Of a stretch of DNA of 64,000 bases, positions 25,477-38,453 are shown one piece after another. Origin of the DNA: Podarcis cretensis (taxonomy: Eukaryota). The notes below the pieces were generated by a model. It made no database searches. It saw only the letters and a program-made list of their open reading frames with translations, and was not told the DNA's origin. Location: assembly GCA_951804945.1 (NCBI GenBank), contig OX638153.1:45446001-45510000 (forward strand), given 5' to 3'. Position numbers and translations under genes: made by a program. The stretch's first letter is position 1, and every line of letters starts with the position of its first letter.

Positions 25477-25688
25477 CAGTGGTACCTCAGGTTACGTACT
25501 TAATTCGTTCCGGAGGTCTGTTCTTAACCTGAAACTGTTCTTAACCTGAAGCACCACTTTAGCTAATGGGGCCTCCTGCTGCTGCGCGATTTGTGTTCTC
25601 ATCCTGAAGCAAAGTTCTTAACCCAAGGTACTATTTCTGGGTTAGTGGAGTCTCTAACCTGAAGCGTCTGTAACCCGAGGTACCACTG
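25477..25688. mobile_element. Tigger/pogo-like MITE
   Basis: TA|CAGTGGTACCTCAGGTTAC ... GTAACCCGAGGTACCACTG|TA. Same family as 12688-12921. Confidence 0.92.
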
Positions 25689-26624
25689 TACAAGTATTAA
25701 GCACAGTTATGATGAAGTTTGTTGCAACGAAGTATTCCAGGAGAAGGCTCTGAACTAACAGAAATTAAACAATTGAGACGTTCTGATTTATCACCCAAAC
25801 TTTCATTGCTTTAAAACCTTTTAGAAATAAGAGGTTAAAATGTGAGATGTGAAAAATTACACTTGATTCTATTACTGTGGCTGGAGGATCACACAACTTT
25901 GGCAATCTCATTATACTGCCATGTAGACACAGAATCCCCTTTCTTTCTTTTTTCTTTGCTAATGAGCAGGAATGATAGGCCAGTAAAATCTCTTCCACCC
26001 TTGCCCTCCCTTCTGCTGGTTCTCTCTCTGACCTCTTCCTCTCCTCCTTTTCATTTTTTTTAATTATAGGGCTGACTCCTGTGCATACCCAAGCTGTGCT
26101 GAGCACTTTCTTCAGTTGATCCCATTTTACACACTTCTAATGTTGCAGTAAAATTTAACTACTGACACTTCACCACTGATGAGGATGAGATAATATGATG
26201 CCATTGCTCACTAGACAGAAAAGCTGTTCATCCAAAGACAGGTTAAGAGGAGGGGAAATATCAAAGGCTCAAAAGACAGAATGAAGCATCCAGCTGCCCA
26301 TCAAATTTAAGGGAACCGGGTATCTAAATTCCCGTTCGTCAGTTTGTAACACTTCATTTAAAATGCTTTGGCATATAAGTTTCAGTGCCAAATAGCCAAA
26401 GGAAAAGTAAGACTGCAAAAATCTCATAGTTGTAGAATTACTTTTGACTTACAAAAGAAATTTGGCCTGGGTGCATTATCCTTTCCTTTTTGGCCTGGAT
26501 GCATTATCCTTACAGATTATTTGCCGGACAGGCACAGCTGAAATCATACTCAATAGATGGGATTTTGGTAAGAGGATGGAGTAGAAAGATGTGGTTCTGG
26601 TCAGCAGGACTAGCGGGTCACCAG

Positions 26625-27048
26625 CAGGGGCATCTTTAGCAGATGCGGCGCTGGGGTGCAAATATCTGCCCAGAGCCCCCAAATTACCATGGATAGTGGG
26701 GGGGGGGAGCTGCGCACTGCCAGCCAGCGGGGAGGGTGCAACTCTCCCCCATGCCGCTGTGGGAGAGCAATACCCGCAGAGGCTTGGAAGGGAAGCTGCA
26801 CCCCGCCAACCATATGGCTGGCAGGTCCACAGCTTCCCTCCCAAGCCTCCTTGGGAGGAGAGTGATCCCCACAGAGGCTTGGGAAGGAAGATGCACACCC
26901 GCCAGCCATATGGTTGGCGGGGTGTAGCTGGCAGGGAAAGGGGAGGCCGCCGGCAAAGCCGTGCAGTTCCCCCACTTGCTGGGGCACCCCTGAGAGGCCA
27001 GCGCCCTGGTGCAACGCACCACTAATCCCTATGGGAAAGATGGCTCAG
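26625..27048. mobile_element. GC-rich hAT non-autonomous element
   Basis: TIRs caggggcatcttt / aaagatggctcag and 8-bp TSD gtcaccag/ttcaccag (7/8). Explains the cluster of overlapping ORFs here. Confidence 0.82.
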
Positions 27049-27056
27049 TTCACCAG

Positions 27057-27840
27057 GTACAGTCTACTTTGGAAAGGGCATCCATCACTCCTGGAGGATC
27101 AGCAGGTCCACAGCAGGCCCTGGAACAGCTCTGCTCCTGGCCGGTCAGGAGTGCAGTTTGCCCAGCTGTGCCTGTTCCTGGGAAAAGGGGAGTCTGGCCG
27201 CAACTGCACATGCCAAAAATTGTTCAGGAACTTCAGCTAGACCCATATGTGGCAGTCAGAGTTTGAGCTAGAGCCCTGCCTCCCTTTCTGCACATTACCT
27301 CCGTTGTTATTTCATCCATAGTAGCTTCCAGTTTATTCCTGAGCCCAGTTCCTGTCTTTGAAATGCCCTCCCCAGGAAGGTTCAACTAGTGCCAACCTTG
27401 ATGTCATCCTGGCTCCAGGCGAATGTGTTTTTATTTGCCCAGGCTTTTCACCACCTGGTGTAATTCAGGTTTGCTTACCCATTCTGCTGAATGATACAGT
27501 TTGTTTTTAGCTGCTAGGTATTGTTTTTGTTTTGAAATCTGTTGTTCTTTTTATAATTTTACCATATATTGTTCTGGGACATTTTAATGAAGGTAACATT
27601 AAAAAATACTCTAAACAAATGAACAAACACATGCAAAGGGCTGGTTATTATCTTGGCCAGACTGCTTGAAGGGACTGCTTCTCTCAAATGACCCTACCCA
27701 TCCACTCAAGTCTTGAGTAAGCTGTGCTCTGTGCCCAACCATCAGAGGCATGATTGACATGGCCTCTGTTGTGAGGTTGCTCCCTCTTCCGTGATATTTA
27801 GATACAAGGCTAAAATACTATTATTTCAGTCTGTTTATAG
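27057..27840 (+). mobile_element. Degenerate L2 LINE ORF2/3' fragments
   Basis: Remnants of the LHWLPV (cagctctgctcctggccggt) and KLQLVQNAAAR (gaacttcagctagacccatatgtggcagtcaga) motifs, plus L2-like 3' ends. Confidence 0.55.
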
Positions 27841-28895
27841 TCTTGTCTGACTCTTAAATTGACTGTGCATTATCTGCTGTGTCCTTTGGTTAACTTTCTG
27901 CAGTTTCTAGTTCACTGTGTGAACTGTTTTGTAGTGATGTTACTTCTAGCCACCCTGAACATATCATTACAGGCTGGACACGAAGGACATAAATATTATA
28001 GTAAATTAAAGTGATAAAATAAATATATCGGCATAAAAACAGGCAGTGCCTCTGTAGGCCCTGTCTCCATTTTAAAGACTGAAGGAGCACTTGTTGGCAG
28101 CATTGCATGAGTTTAGCGTTTGACATTTGGGATACTTGGGATGCCTTTGCAGGGTTGGACAAAGCCTGGAAAAGGAGCTGGCATTTCTGCTATTTATTTC
28201 TCTCTATGTGTGTGTCCATAGTTGAGGTGAGGGTCAATAAGAAATGACATATCCTTCATAGTTTAAATGACAGAAGTTGTAGCCATAGTAGGAAAAAGCC
28301 CCATGGGGAAAAGATGGATTAAGAAGGCAAGCTTAACACTCCTCCACACTAGAAAAAGTTCTCAAATTTTATTTGTTTTATCCATTATTAAGGGACTTCT
28401 AAACAAATAAAACATGGCTTCAGTCTAACCTGTCAAAATATATGCTTCAGTTATTAGGCTCTTGCTCAACAGAGCACTCAGAAACACTGGAAGATCAAAG
28501 AGCTGAATCAAGGAAAACCCACTGCTCTCTTCCACATCATTTACTATGAGCATGGTACATGAGGATTTGCTTATTGTAACAAGTGCCTAACCTGGACTTG
28601 CAATAATTTTTCTTGCACGCTCATCTACAGCAGATCATATAAACTGTAGTGCTGATAGCATCAGTAAGTCAGGATATTTGTTTGAACAAAATTAACACAA
28701 TTGAAAGTTACAAGTGTTGTGCCTTTTCATACTACAGGTTTCCAGAAGGAAGCTACACAAACAATGGGCGACTTCCAATTGTGCCCATCTGAGAGCAAAA
28801 CAAACTTAGACAACCGGACTCAGCTCTGCCCCTGTAGCCCCCAACATGCCCATCATATCTGCTTGGGAGTGTTGGGGGACCCTCTGGAGCAGTCT

Positions 28896-28949
28896 GGTTG
28901 GACTCGATGGCCCTTGTGGTCTCTTCCAACTCTATGATTCTATTCTATG
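28896..28949 (+). mobile_element. CR1 LINE extreme 3' fragment (young)
   Basis: Core identical to 5631-5701, inserted inside an older repeat. Confidence 0.85.
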
Positions 28950-30446
28950 AGATGGGGGCAGGGGTCTGTAGGGGGGAGAAGAGAAAGGGAAAATATGCTT
29001 GCACAATGTTGGCTACCACCCAATATGTGAGGTTATATTTCAATGGTTGGTCATCTGGATCTAACATTGTTATGTGGGAATCTTCTTTTACCTGGGCATC
29101 CTTTTTAGATGGGCACTGCATTGCATTTTGGGCCTGGATTGTGGAATTCAGGTTTGACACAGGTGCTGTTAGCATACCAGGCTGATTAAGGGAATTATAT
29201 ACATGCTCTCAGGCAGGGCTCTTAGTACATTTTGCAGCAGGACTAACCTAGGTGAACAGAAAAAGGGAGTAGTCACTAAGTAGTAGCAGTCCTTTGCTGT
29301 GGCAATAGTGGAGGGGGAACAAGCAGGCAGAAAAAGGCAGTCTGTGTTGCCAGGAAGTGCCTATAAGCTAAAGAAATACATCTTCCAAAGGGTAATAAAG
29401 CTTTTATATTTGCAGCTACGGAACTCAAGTGTTTAACAGAGTGGGACAGATGCTGTCAGCTGTAGCTAAATTCTACACAGCTGAACAGAGACTGCAGACC
29501 ATCAGGGTGCTGGCTAAGCTCTTGGTTCTCTGGTTCACTGCTTGGCTTCATCCCCAAATGGATTAAAACTAGGGATGTGCTGCTGGTCATTACCAGTTAA
29601 GGATTTTTACAAGGGCTAAAATAGGCATGGGCAACATTTTCAGCATTTAGGGTCTATATGAGAAATGTACCCCGGTGCTAGGAGACACCTGGCCATTCAT
29701 GTATTTGATTGTCATATAGCTTTCATCTGATTTTTTTTTTAAAACGGCAAGTGTCAATTGAGAGTTGGTTTATCTTTAGCACTTTCTTTAAAAAGAGAGA
29801 ATCTTTGCATGTTTGCCTTTACTTTGAAACTGCAACCCACAAATATGCAAAAGCGTATGAGTTAGTTTTTAAGAAACTTTTCTCTGAGCCCATCCCTGTA
29901 CTCAAAGCTGTCCACCCTAAGGTTGCAAAGTCCATGATATGAAGGCGTTTAAGCAGCATGTTTCCAAATGCATTTTGTTTTCCAAGTCTGCTCAGGGAGT
30001 CCATGGAATAATTTAAGATTAGACGCTCAGCCATCCTTGGCTCTTAGTTCTACATTCAGAATACTGAAGGGTTTCTGGAAGGCAATTAAGTGCCTCCCCT
30101 CGTCCAGCTTGCAGCTTTAGTCATGGTGATTAGTAACTCACATGCTGGAATTGCAATCTGCACTGTGAGCACAGCATGTTGCAAAGTAAACTAAACCAAA
30201 ATACGGAGTGACATATAATGAGATTAGAGAGATGAAAAACTCCAAGTATGTTTGTGATAATTAAAATTATAATCATAGCAACATGCCATAATATTTAAAT
30301 AGTTCCTGCATGATATGGAAAACCATGGTAAAAGCAATTACATGGAAACACAGAGTATGGGTAGTTGATGGAAGCAAATGAAAAATCTGAATTTTTCCTA
30401 ATGCTCTTCCCAAGTACCAGCACTGCCATAGTCAATATGCATAGTT

Positions 30447-31002
30447 AACATAAGAAGAGCCTGTTGAATCAGGCCAATGGCCCATCTAGTCCAGCATCCT
30501 GATCTCACAGTGGTCACCCAGATGCCTGTGAGAAGCATGCAAGAAGGACCCAAGTGCATCAGCACTCTCCTCTCCCGGGGTTTCCCACAACTGGCATTCA
30601 GAGGCATACTGCCCCAACAGTGGAGGCAGAACATAGACCTCATGGATAGTGGTCACTCATAGCCTTATTCTTCATGAACCTATCTAAACTTCTTTTCAGG
30701 CTGTCCAAGTTGGCAGCCATCACTGCCTCTTGTGGGAGTGAATTCCATAGTTTAACTATATGTTTTGTGAGCAGGTACTTTCTTTTGTCTGCCCTGAGTC
30801 TCTCGGCATTCAGCTTCTTTGAATGTCCCTGAGTTACAATGTTGTGATGAGAAAGGGAGAGAAACCTTTCTCTATCTGCCTTGTCAATGCCATGCATCAT
30901 TTTATATATCTCCATTGTATACCCCTCTCACTTGCCTTTTCTCTAAATGGAAAAAGCTCCAATGTATCCTTTCTTCATAAGGGAGTTGTTTCATCCCCTT
31001 GA
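30447..31002 (-). mobile_element. CR1 LINE 3' part (ORF2 C-terminus + 3' UTR)
   Basis: ORF 30640-30915: EIYKMMHGIDK...RKYLLTKHIVKLWNSLPQEAVMAANLDSLKRSLDRFM, the CR1 ORF2 C-terminal signature. Confidence 0.92.
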
Positions 31003-31955
31003 GGGCATTTAAAAAATACACATATTTTTTAAATTGCAGAAAATTGGGGCAGGGGGACAGAAACTGGGAGAAACTGACATTAGCAAATTTGCCTATTCTG
31101 GCCTGAAATATAAACTAAAATGCCCTTCACTATATTAAGTTTTGTGTCATATGGAGTAGGTTTGATTCTCACAACAAGAAATAAAAAGATCAACAACTCT
31201 ATAGCTCCAGGAATGACAGGAGAATATTTTTTTAAAAAAAACTTTTAAAATGGATTTGGCCCAAGACAACAAGCAGCTCTTTTAAAAGAGTAATTTAGAG
31301 ATGACATTGACCAGACCAATGCAACAAAAATGGATTAATGTATATGTTCCATACATGTACTCTTAACGCATTCTAATTCTAAAAAAATCTCCAGATGACT
31401 TCCCCCACATCCCCCACTAGTGCATTTTACAAAGAACCGTTCATTCCCATGTCAAACAACTTTCAAGCTACCCACTGCCCTGATTCTTTACAAATTACAG
31501 AGTTGAATCGTCCAGCCCCATTTTATGTAATCAACTCTAAAAACTCTGCAGAGGGCACAATCATGGGCATCTTCTAAGGAGGCCTATGTCAAACCTAGTG
31601 AAGTTGGATGAAGCTCTGAGTAAAGAAAAATGCCGTATCTCTCGGGCCCTGCTCTGCTGTAAAACCTAAGAAAATATTGTTTCAGCTTTGAAAAATATAG
31701 ACTTTGAAACCCACACACCACGCAAACGTTTAAACCCCGTGGTTTGCTGCAGTAGCAGCAGTAGCCATGCACATGGCTTTCTACAATATCTAAGCTCATA
31801 GAAACCCTCTCAGTTTTAAAACAGTGGTGCATGGGATTTCCCTCCCATCATTTTTTAAAAATTGAAAAGCAGCTGCAGGAAGCTTTAATCTAGAGCAGAA
31901 GGAAGGGACCTTTTCTCCTTGGGTCATTCCCCCCAAGCAGTTTTAGCCTCAAGCC

Positions 31956-31958
<3 letters not shown>

Positions 31959-31988
<30 letters not shown>
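31959..31988. repeat. (TG)15 microsatellite
   Basis: Direct reading. Confidence 0.98.
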
Positions 31989-31990
<2 letters not shown>

Positions 31991-32496
31991 GACCTGCATA
32001 TCCCCGCCGCCAGGATATTTGAGGAAACAATATTGAACAGAGAAATGGTCGGCATGCATACATGAATGCCTCTAAAAACATTCCCAGAATGCCCAAACTT
32101 CACACCTCTAGACTATACTTGGAGTTTCCTAAACTAATTATGAACTGACAACCTTTACTGCCCGAGTATTAATTCAGTATTAATTCAGTGTTGAACTGGA
32201 CACAGATTCTCTTTGCCACCCAGAGGAAAAGGTTGTTCTACCTATCAACAGAATGGAAAGATTGATGCATTCCAGATCTCGGCCTTTGCTGGAAAATTAT
32301 CCAGGTGAAGTGCCAAGGTTGTAGCAAATTAGGGACTTATGTATGCAAACCAAAACACATTTTCCTTTAAGATCAGGTGGGAGACAGTTCAGTTCTCACT
32401 GAGTTACCATTTGCACTTAATTTTATTTCACACCTCTGATGCACTCCACCACCAATTTCAGTCTTAGCCAATAAATATAATTATAATATTCTACTG

Positions 32497-32632
32497 CAGG
32501 GCTAGCCAGTGTAATGCCTTACAAAATGCTTTGGATTCTAACTCACATCAGCCCAGCCAGCATGGCCAACGGCAATGGGTGAAGAGAGCTGTACACCACA
32601 AGATCTAGAGGGCACCATGTTTGCTACCCCTG
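32497..32632. mobile_element. Short hAT-type MITE, same family as 17871
   Basis: cagggctagcca ... ttgctacccctg ends and internal catcagcccagccagcatggccaa. Confidence 0.75.
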
Positions 32633-34619
32633 CCCTACACTCTCTCCTCTGAATCTGGACATAAGTTACTGGGTGAGTCTTAAGAAATGCAGCACTCACT
32701 TCTGTAAACTGTGCAAACTGGCTCACCAAGTGAGGGCCAAACTACAAGCGACATTATTCCCCTGGCCAACCTGGCCATTTTTATTTCCAGATGCTGATGT
32801 TAACCTTCAAAGCAGCGCCAGGACACCTAGGTCCAGGGGTCAAATAGGGCCACTGGAACATCTCAAGGGCCTCCCCCCTCATCATCCCTGCTCTGCATCC
32901 TCCTCAAGTGCCTTTGCCTTGCTGGAATGTATTTTTAAAACATTTCTTATGCATTTGTATGGATGAAAGCTCCAGTTCCAGCTTGAAGTGGTATAGTCTA
33001 GACACAGGTCTGTTATCTCAGTGGGAAGATGAACTTACCACATTGGAAATGGGGACAGAGAAGTCCAATGCCTTATTTTCACAACAGAGAATTTACAAAA
33101 GTAAACAAGCCATAAAAGAGAACAGCTCTCACACCTAACTTTACAAATTCAGCAAGGAGATTAAAATTCGGAAGAAACATACTTTACAAAAGACCATGGA
33201 AGACCATTTGACTTGCCGCGAAGTGTAGCAAGTTCTTTTGACTGGCCCCACATGGGGTGAATGAAATTTTTCATCCAGTCAGGAGAAAGATGCAACATCA
33301 ATTCCCATTCCACACATTTTCCCATCCATGTATGTTCAATAAGCGTAAAGAAGGCTACCCGTTGTGGTAATTGCCTGGGTGATATGGGTACTTAATATGC
33401 CAGTGCTGCATTATCAGTCAGGGCTTGCCGACAACTGGCACGGGAATTAACTTAAGTCATTCAAGCAACCCAAATCATTCTGAGTAAATTTAATGGAGAT
33501 GTCCCAATCTGGCATCTCAAGCAGTCCATTTATCACTCCTAGTGTCACTTATCCCTTATTATTCCTGTGCTGATCTTTACAGGTGTGTAGTGAAAATGCA
33601 TAAAGAGCAGCACAGGAACAAGGATGGAGAAATGACATATGATACCAATGATAATAAGGAAAAACAAAGCATTACAAGGAGCAATGTTGCAGATTATTCC
33701 AAGGGAAAGGCTGACAAAAAGATGAGTCTATAAGCAAGGACAACCCCACTGTCTGTACAGTGCCGTCCCTACTTTCCCTCCAGCAAGACTAAATGCAAGG
33801 AATGGAATGAGAGCATGCAGGATAGCCATCTATTCAGATGACTATGTGAATTCCTAGTTGAGATTTTTGACATAACCTGTCAGTGTTAAAGTACTCTTCT
33901 ACTCTTCCCTCAAATTCCGAGTTCAGGGGATTTATGGGTTAGCAGTGTAGGTGTAGGTGATAAAAAGTGGATGTCACGAGAGCCAAGAAAGCTTGCAAAA
34001 CAATAGACCTGACTGATGAAATCTGGGTGGGTGTGAAGGCAAGAAATGTTTTCCTGAGGAAGAGAGAAACTAGGTATGCAAGGCCACTGAAAACAATGCC
34101 CCGTTGGTGCCAAAAGGTCCAATACCAGCCTTGTACCGGTGGAGGAAATTCCAGGTGGAAAAACCACACAGCAGTCTTTGGCATGGCAAAACCTGTGCCT
34201 TTGTCACAGCTGTCACAGAAGTCAGTAAGTTCAGGCAGTTAATGGATTATGTCAGCCAGCAAACAGAAACTGTGAGTCACTGGGCAACATCTATCAACTA
34301 ACCCTTTGGAAGCTCAGCATCATAAATGTGCGTAGGAATTAAACAGAAGGTAAGAGAAGATTTTACAAGTCTTTACAATGTTAACGGAGATAGAAGCTGC
34401 CTTGAAACATTCTGCATGAGCCAGAATTCAGAGGTGGAACCTTTTCTGGAACAAGGAAAGTCTGGACTATGGCCCTTGAGGAATGCACTTTGTTACAATG
34501 CACAATTTTGTATTTGGTTAACTGCACCAAATCCATCCACAATAGGGTTTCCGGTTCTGGTCTGCTTCCAAAGCTAGTCCTTCTCCAAGTAGACTCACTG
34601 AAGTTAATGGACATGACTT

Positions 34620-34798
34620 GTTGTTTAGTCATTTAGTTGTGTCTGACTCTTTGTGACCCCATGGACCAGAGCACGCCAGGCACTTCTGTCTTCCACTGCC
34701 TCCTGCAGTTTGGTCAAACATGCTGGTAGCTTCGAGAACACTGTCCAACCATCTCGTCCTCTGTTGTCCCCTTCTACTTGTGCCCTCCATCTTTCCCA
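34620..34798 (-). mobile_element. RTE-BovB LINE 3' fragment
   Basis: On -: ...ggcgtgctctggtccatggggtcacaaagagtcagacacaactaaatgactaaacaac, a BovB-type 3' end. 9-bp TSD ACATGACTT at 34611-34619 and 34799-34807. Confidence 0.88.
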
Positions 34799-35446
34799 AC
34801 ATGACTTACCTAGGCCTGTTAATTTTAATAGGTTTACTCTGAATAGAATTTAGTTGTCTACAATCCAAAGGCTACATTATCTTCCCTACATAGCGCGGCG
34901 TTTTTACAGAAAATAGGACAGAGCAAGGCAACTGTGACTCACTTGCTATGTATGCAGTGCTATTTTAGCTGTTACCAAGTGGACTGTTTGCCCTATTGCC
35001 TCTAAAGTTGATCCACTAAATTGGGCTAACAGATGGGAGATGTCCAGAGTGATATAAACTGGCTACAGTACAAAGAATAAGCAACACATCCAATTACTCC
35101 TCTAATGTCTTGATACGGTCCTCTGGTTATCTCTAGACTGATCAAGGAATAGGAGGAACAAGCAGAGAATTAGGCTGAATAATTTCTGATACCTTGTTTT
35201 GTTAAATGCAATTTTAAATTTTATTTATTTTGCTTCCTTTCTTCTCCAAACTCTTTAATTACTTAAACTGGACAGTGAGCTCACCAGGAAACAGGAATGT
35301 GCATGGGTTCTGGGTTTATTGGAGGGTGTGTGTGTGTGCAGGTTTGACCTATCTTTAATGAAATACAGTAGACTATAAATAAAACAATACTGAAGTGGAG
35401 AGAGTGCATTAATTTGCTTTGTAAAACACAATTGGTTTTGACATCA

Positions 35447-35702
35447 CATGGAAGACAGGGCAAGCTTGTTTTCTGCAGCTCCAGATGGCAGGACCTGAAC
35501 CAATGGATTCAAATGACAAGAATTCCAACTAAACTTTATAAAGACCTTTCTGAAAAGCTGTTTGACAGTGGAACAGACTATATTGGAAGATAGTGGACTC
35601 TCCTTCATTGGAGGTTTCTCAAAAGGTTGAATGGCCATCTGTCGGGGATTCTGTAAATGTGATTGCCTTCCAATACTACAACTCTTATTATCTGATTCTA
35701 TG
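35447..35702 (+). mobile_element. CR1 LINE 3' fragment
   Basis: ttgttttctgcagctccaga...cagtggaacagact...gtggactctccttcattggaggttt...gattctatg, similar to 60493-60675. Confidence 0.85.
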
Positions 35703-36996
35703 GATTTCTTATGAGTTTGGGAACCAGAGTGGCAAGGATGCTGTTCTTGAACTGACCTATTCTTGAATTATACCATTTAAAGCAGACCATATTGCAGTTA
35801 ATTCCTGACATTTCTCTTAATCATATGAAAAGCAGGAGCAGGGCATTTGCTGCAGAAAGGGTAAGTGGTATAAGGAGGGGGAAAGCATATATTCCTAAGA
35901 CTGTTCCCCACTTTTTTTAAAAAAAGCAGTAAATTGAGAGGTAGCATTATGACCTCACTGCCTGGCCCTCTGAATGCTTTCCACTGTGCTCAGCTTCACT
36001 CCTTAGAACAAAACCCATTATGTTAAAACACACAAACAAATAAATAAACTCAGTTGTTATTATATCTGAGACTTTACTTGTTGATAGGGGTACTTGTTGA
36101 AACTTGGAGTACCCTCTAGTCCTATAATTCTATGAGTCCTATAATTCTCCAGTCCTATAATTCTGTACAGAGCTGCAGAACTTATTTCTTTCCCAATTTT
36201 ATTTCATTAAAAACACACACAAAGAACTGAACAAATTTGGTATATGTGTGTATAATCTCCAAACAATTTAAATAGCTTAAAACAATAATTCAAGATATAA
36301 CAAGAGGACTTCTGGGGAGGAATGATGGCAGAGTAGTTATCGACTGTCGGCAAAGATAATTATGTGGTGACGGAAGATAACGATATATATAATGTTTACT
36401 AAAACTTTCTTTTGAGTTAAGGGAGGTCAGGGATCAACCTCACCTGCTCGGAAGAAGGCATTCATCACAACAGAGACAAGGAAGTTTTAGGTTGCGGAGG
36501 AATATCTTGAGCAAGTTACCTTCATTGGGCCCATGCACCTCCTTCTTTTAATTATTTTTGAGACTAGAAGCAAGTACAAATTGTATTTTTTATCTGCCAG
36601 TTAATTAGTACTCAGAAAACTAATGGACTGCTGGAGGACGAAAAAGCACCAATTAATAGGCTAAAAATAAACCAAAAGGTTTATCTCAATTACTGGTAAC
36701 TACAAAATATTGCATTATCCTAGAGGCTCAAGGCATGTTAAAGCTCCCTCTCCCTCTGCCTCTCTCTCTGTACACTCTGAAGCACCTGCCATGTGATGCC
36801 TTTATCCCATTAGGGCCTAAAGGTGAAGTCAGCAGATGCACTCCTTGTTGTTGAGTTTAAAACCACTCATTTGGGAAAGGGACAGTTCTGAATCGCTCAG
36901 TTCTGTAAACTAGACTAGCTTTACTGCAATTCTTCGAAGACTCAAATTGGTTACTGCGATGTGAAGCACAAAGGTGAACTGTTAAGAACCCACTAG

Positions 36997-37330
36997 TAGG
37001 AAGATAGGAAGCTGTCTTATACCAAGTCTGACCATTGGCCCATTTAGGATTCAGGATTGCCTACAGCAGGGATGAGGAACCTGCAGCCCTTCTGATGTTG
37101 CTGGATTACACCTCCCATCATCCCTGGTCATGGACTATGCTGGTTAGAGCCAATGAGAGTTGGAGTCCAACAACTTCGGAAGGGCCATAGATACTCTACC
37201 TCATTCTACACTGACTGGCAGTGGCTCTCCAGGATTTCAGAAAGCTGTTTCTCCTAGTCCGACCTTGAGATACAAGAGATTGAATCTGGGACTTTCTGCA
37301 TGCAAAGATGATGCTCTGACTTACAGCCCA
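36997..37330 (-). mobile_element. Squam2-like tRNA SINE interrupted by a short hAT MITE (about 37067-37203)
   Basis: ataggaagctgtcttatacc...gaccattggccc and ctgactggcagtggctctccagg...gattgaatctgggactttctgcatgcaaag flank a cagggatgaggaacc... MITE. Confidence 0.75.
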
Positions 37331-37564
37331 TCTTAAAGTCAGCTTGGTCTCCGATGTAAGGCCAGGCCAGAAATTTGTTGTTATTAATTTGCATTAATTT
37401 CACATTTTTGTGCTAGTGTTTCGTTGCTCTCCATTTCGGAGCTGTTCTGGGCTCACCTCTTAAAGAGGTAATACACAACAAGACCCTTCTGCAAAATCTG
37501 TCTTATTTTCTTGAACAACTTGCTATCAACTGCAAATATTCATTCGCCACTACTTTCTCTCTCA

Positions 37565-37875
37565 TTTCTAGGTCATTAGTGCATTTTAAAGAAGGAACAG
37601 ATCCTTGGAGAATCCCACTATTTACTTATTTCCACTGTACAGACTGCCCATTTATGCTTACCATCTGTTGCCTAATCTCTTAACCAGCTGCTAATCCACT
37701 AAAGGGCATTTCCTTTGATGCCAGGGCAATTTCTCATTTTTAGAGAGTCTTTGATGAGGGCCCTTGTCAAAGACTGTATCAACTCTATCTCCATTATCCA
37801 CATGTTTGTGACATCCTTCGGTGAGATTTGCAAGGCATGGCTTCCCTTTCCAAAATCTTTGCTGACTCTGCCTTA
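37565..37875 (-). mobile_element. Old CR1 reverse-transcriptase fragment
   Basis: On -, remnants of FDKVPH-like (tttgacaagggccctcatcaa) and GVPQGSV-like (gggattctccaaggatctgttc) RT motifs. Confidence 0.65.
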
Positions 37876-38413
37876 ATATACAGTGTTTATCCTTGCAGTT
37901 AATCAGTCTGTTTGCAAATACAATTCCAGCTTATTGGTCCAACACAATACTGTTAGAAAGTAAATAGGAAGCAGCATGGCCCAAACTGTACTTGGTCTAG
38001 CTTTGGTACATGTTCCTCTCCCCCCCACCCCCGGCATTTGTCAATGATTTCTTTTGACCTTTTGGTGGGGGGGGGTGTGTCTGGATAATAAACTATTTGG
38101 TATCTGACAGGCAGAAATTCAACAAATGGATATTTTCTAAGTCTGTACTTATAGAACCATACTAGCATATTATACCAATAGTGTAGGTCAACAGTCAATA
38201 GTGTGATACTGGATTTCTGACTCACACAAGAAACATCCCTTGTATGTCCTTTGTTTATTAACAACAGTAGTAAACCTCTCTCTTCAACTTCAAAACAGGT
38301 GTACTGGTGTGCTATGCAATTTTGTTGTGTGGCCCACTTGTAAAACAAACATGGAATTATTCTTTTTTAATAATCCAAACACTTATGTTTAGATCTCTCA
38401 ATTCAGCACCACG

Positions 38414-38420
<7 letters not shown>

Positions 38421-38450
<30 letters not shown>
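38421..38450. repeat. (TG)15 microsatellite
   Basis: Direct reading. Confidence 0.98.

Positions 38451-38453
<3 letters not shown>

Noticed and set aside
26476-27266. Cluster of eight overlapping ORFs suggesting a gene or CpG island
   Set aside because: Explained by a GC-rich hAT element with TIRs and TSD plus adjacent L2 remnants.
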